Part shown: piece by piece, positions 63,831-64,000 of the stretch | Layout: each line of letters opens with the position of its first letter | How positions within the stretch are numbered: position 1 is the first letter of the stretch | Assembly (NCBI RefSeq): GCF_006345805.1 | Contig: NC_043009.1 | Location: 1,674,001 to 1,738,000 of the forward strand | DNA from: Octopus sinensis | Taxonomy: Eukaryota | Length of the DNA: 64,000 bases | Reading direction: 5' to 3' | Made by a program: the position numbers and the translations under genes | Notes under the pieces: generated by a model | What the model was told of the DNA's origin: nothing | The model's database searches: none | What the model saw: the letters and a program-made list of their open reading frames with translations, nothing else

Positions 63831-64000
63831 AACATTACACCAAATTTAATGGATAAAAATTTCTCTAAAGCACCTCTCCTTCACAACCCGCACAACAACC
63901 TAAGTACCCGGCCTCATATCCAAGGAAGATTACTGACATTCTGTTAAAGAATTTACATTAAAACCGAATAATTTCTTTAAAAATTTTTTTTTTTAAAGTG

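Overview
Repeat-saturated, AT-rich animal genomic DNA. The SINE families and the extreme microsatellite load look like an octopus or other coleoid cephalopod (inference). No host protein-coding exon is recognisable, and most ORFs in the supplied track are translations of microsatellites. There is one 100-N scaffold gap (62449-62548). Main contents: (1) A ~10.6 kb palindrome (7257-17823) built on a Penelope-like element (PLE). A frameshifted RT plus C-terminal GIY-YIG ORF on the minus strand is flanked by ~4.5 kb inverted arms made mostly of TA/CA microsatellite, and each arm ends in a type I hammerhead ribozyme motif. (2) Two further hammerhead-bearing repeat families, one a ~353 bp tandem dimer of retrozyme-like layout, plus a second decayed PLE endonuclease that is not in the ORF track. 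(3) A near full-length Tx1/L1-clade LINE and a 5'-truncated sister copy in tandem, with all four junctions in (TATC)n, suggesting (GATA)n target specificity. A third, divergent Tx1 copy lacks that target. (4) A CR1-type LINE 3' end whose last ~50 nt match the tail of the dominant SINE. (5) An RLE-type LINE relic, Tc1/mariner relics, several MITEs and many tRNA-derived SINEs. Frameshifts may be real decay or long-read assembly errors; the sequence alone cannot distinguish these. SINE and relic coordinates are approximate (about +/-10-20 nt).
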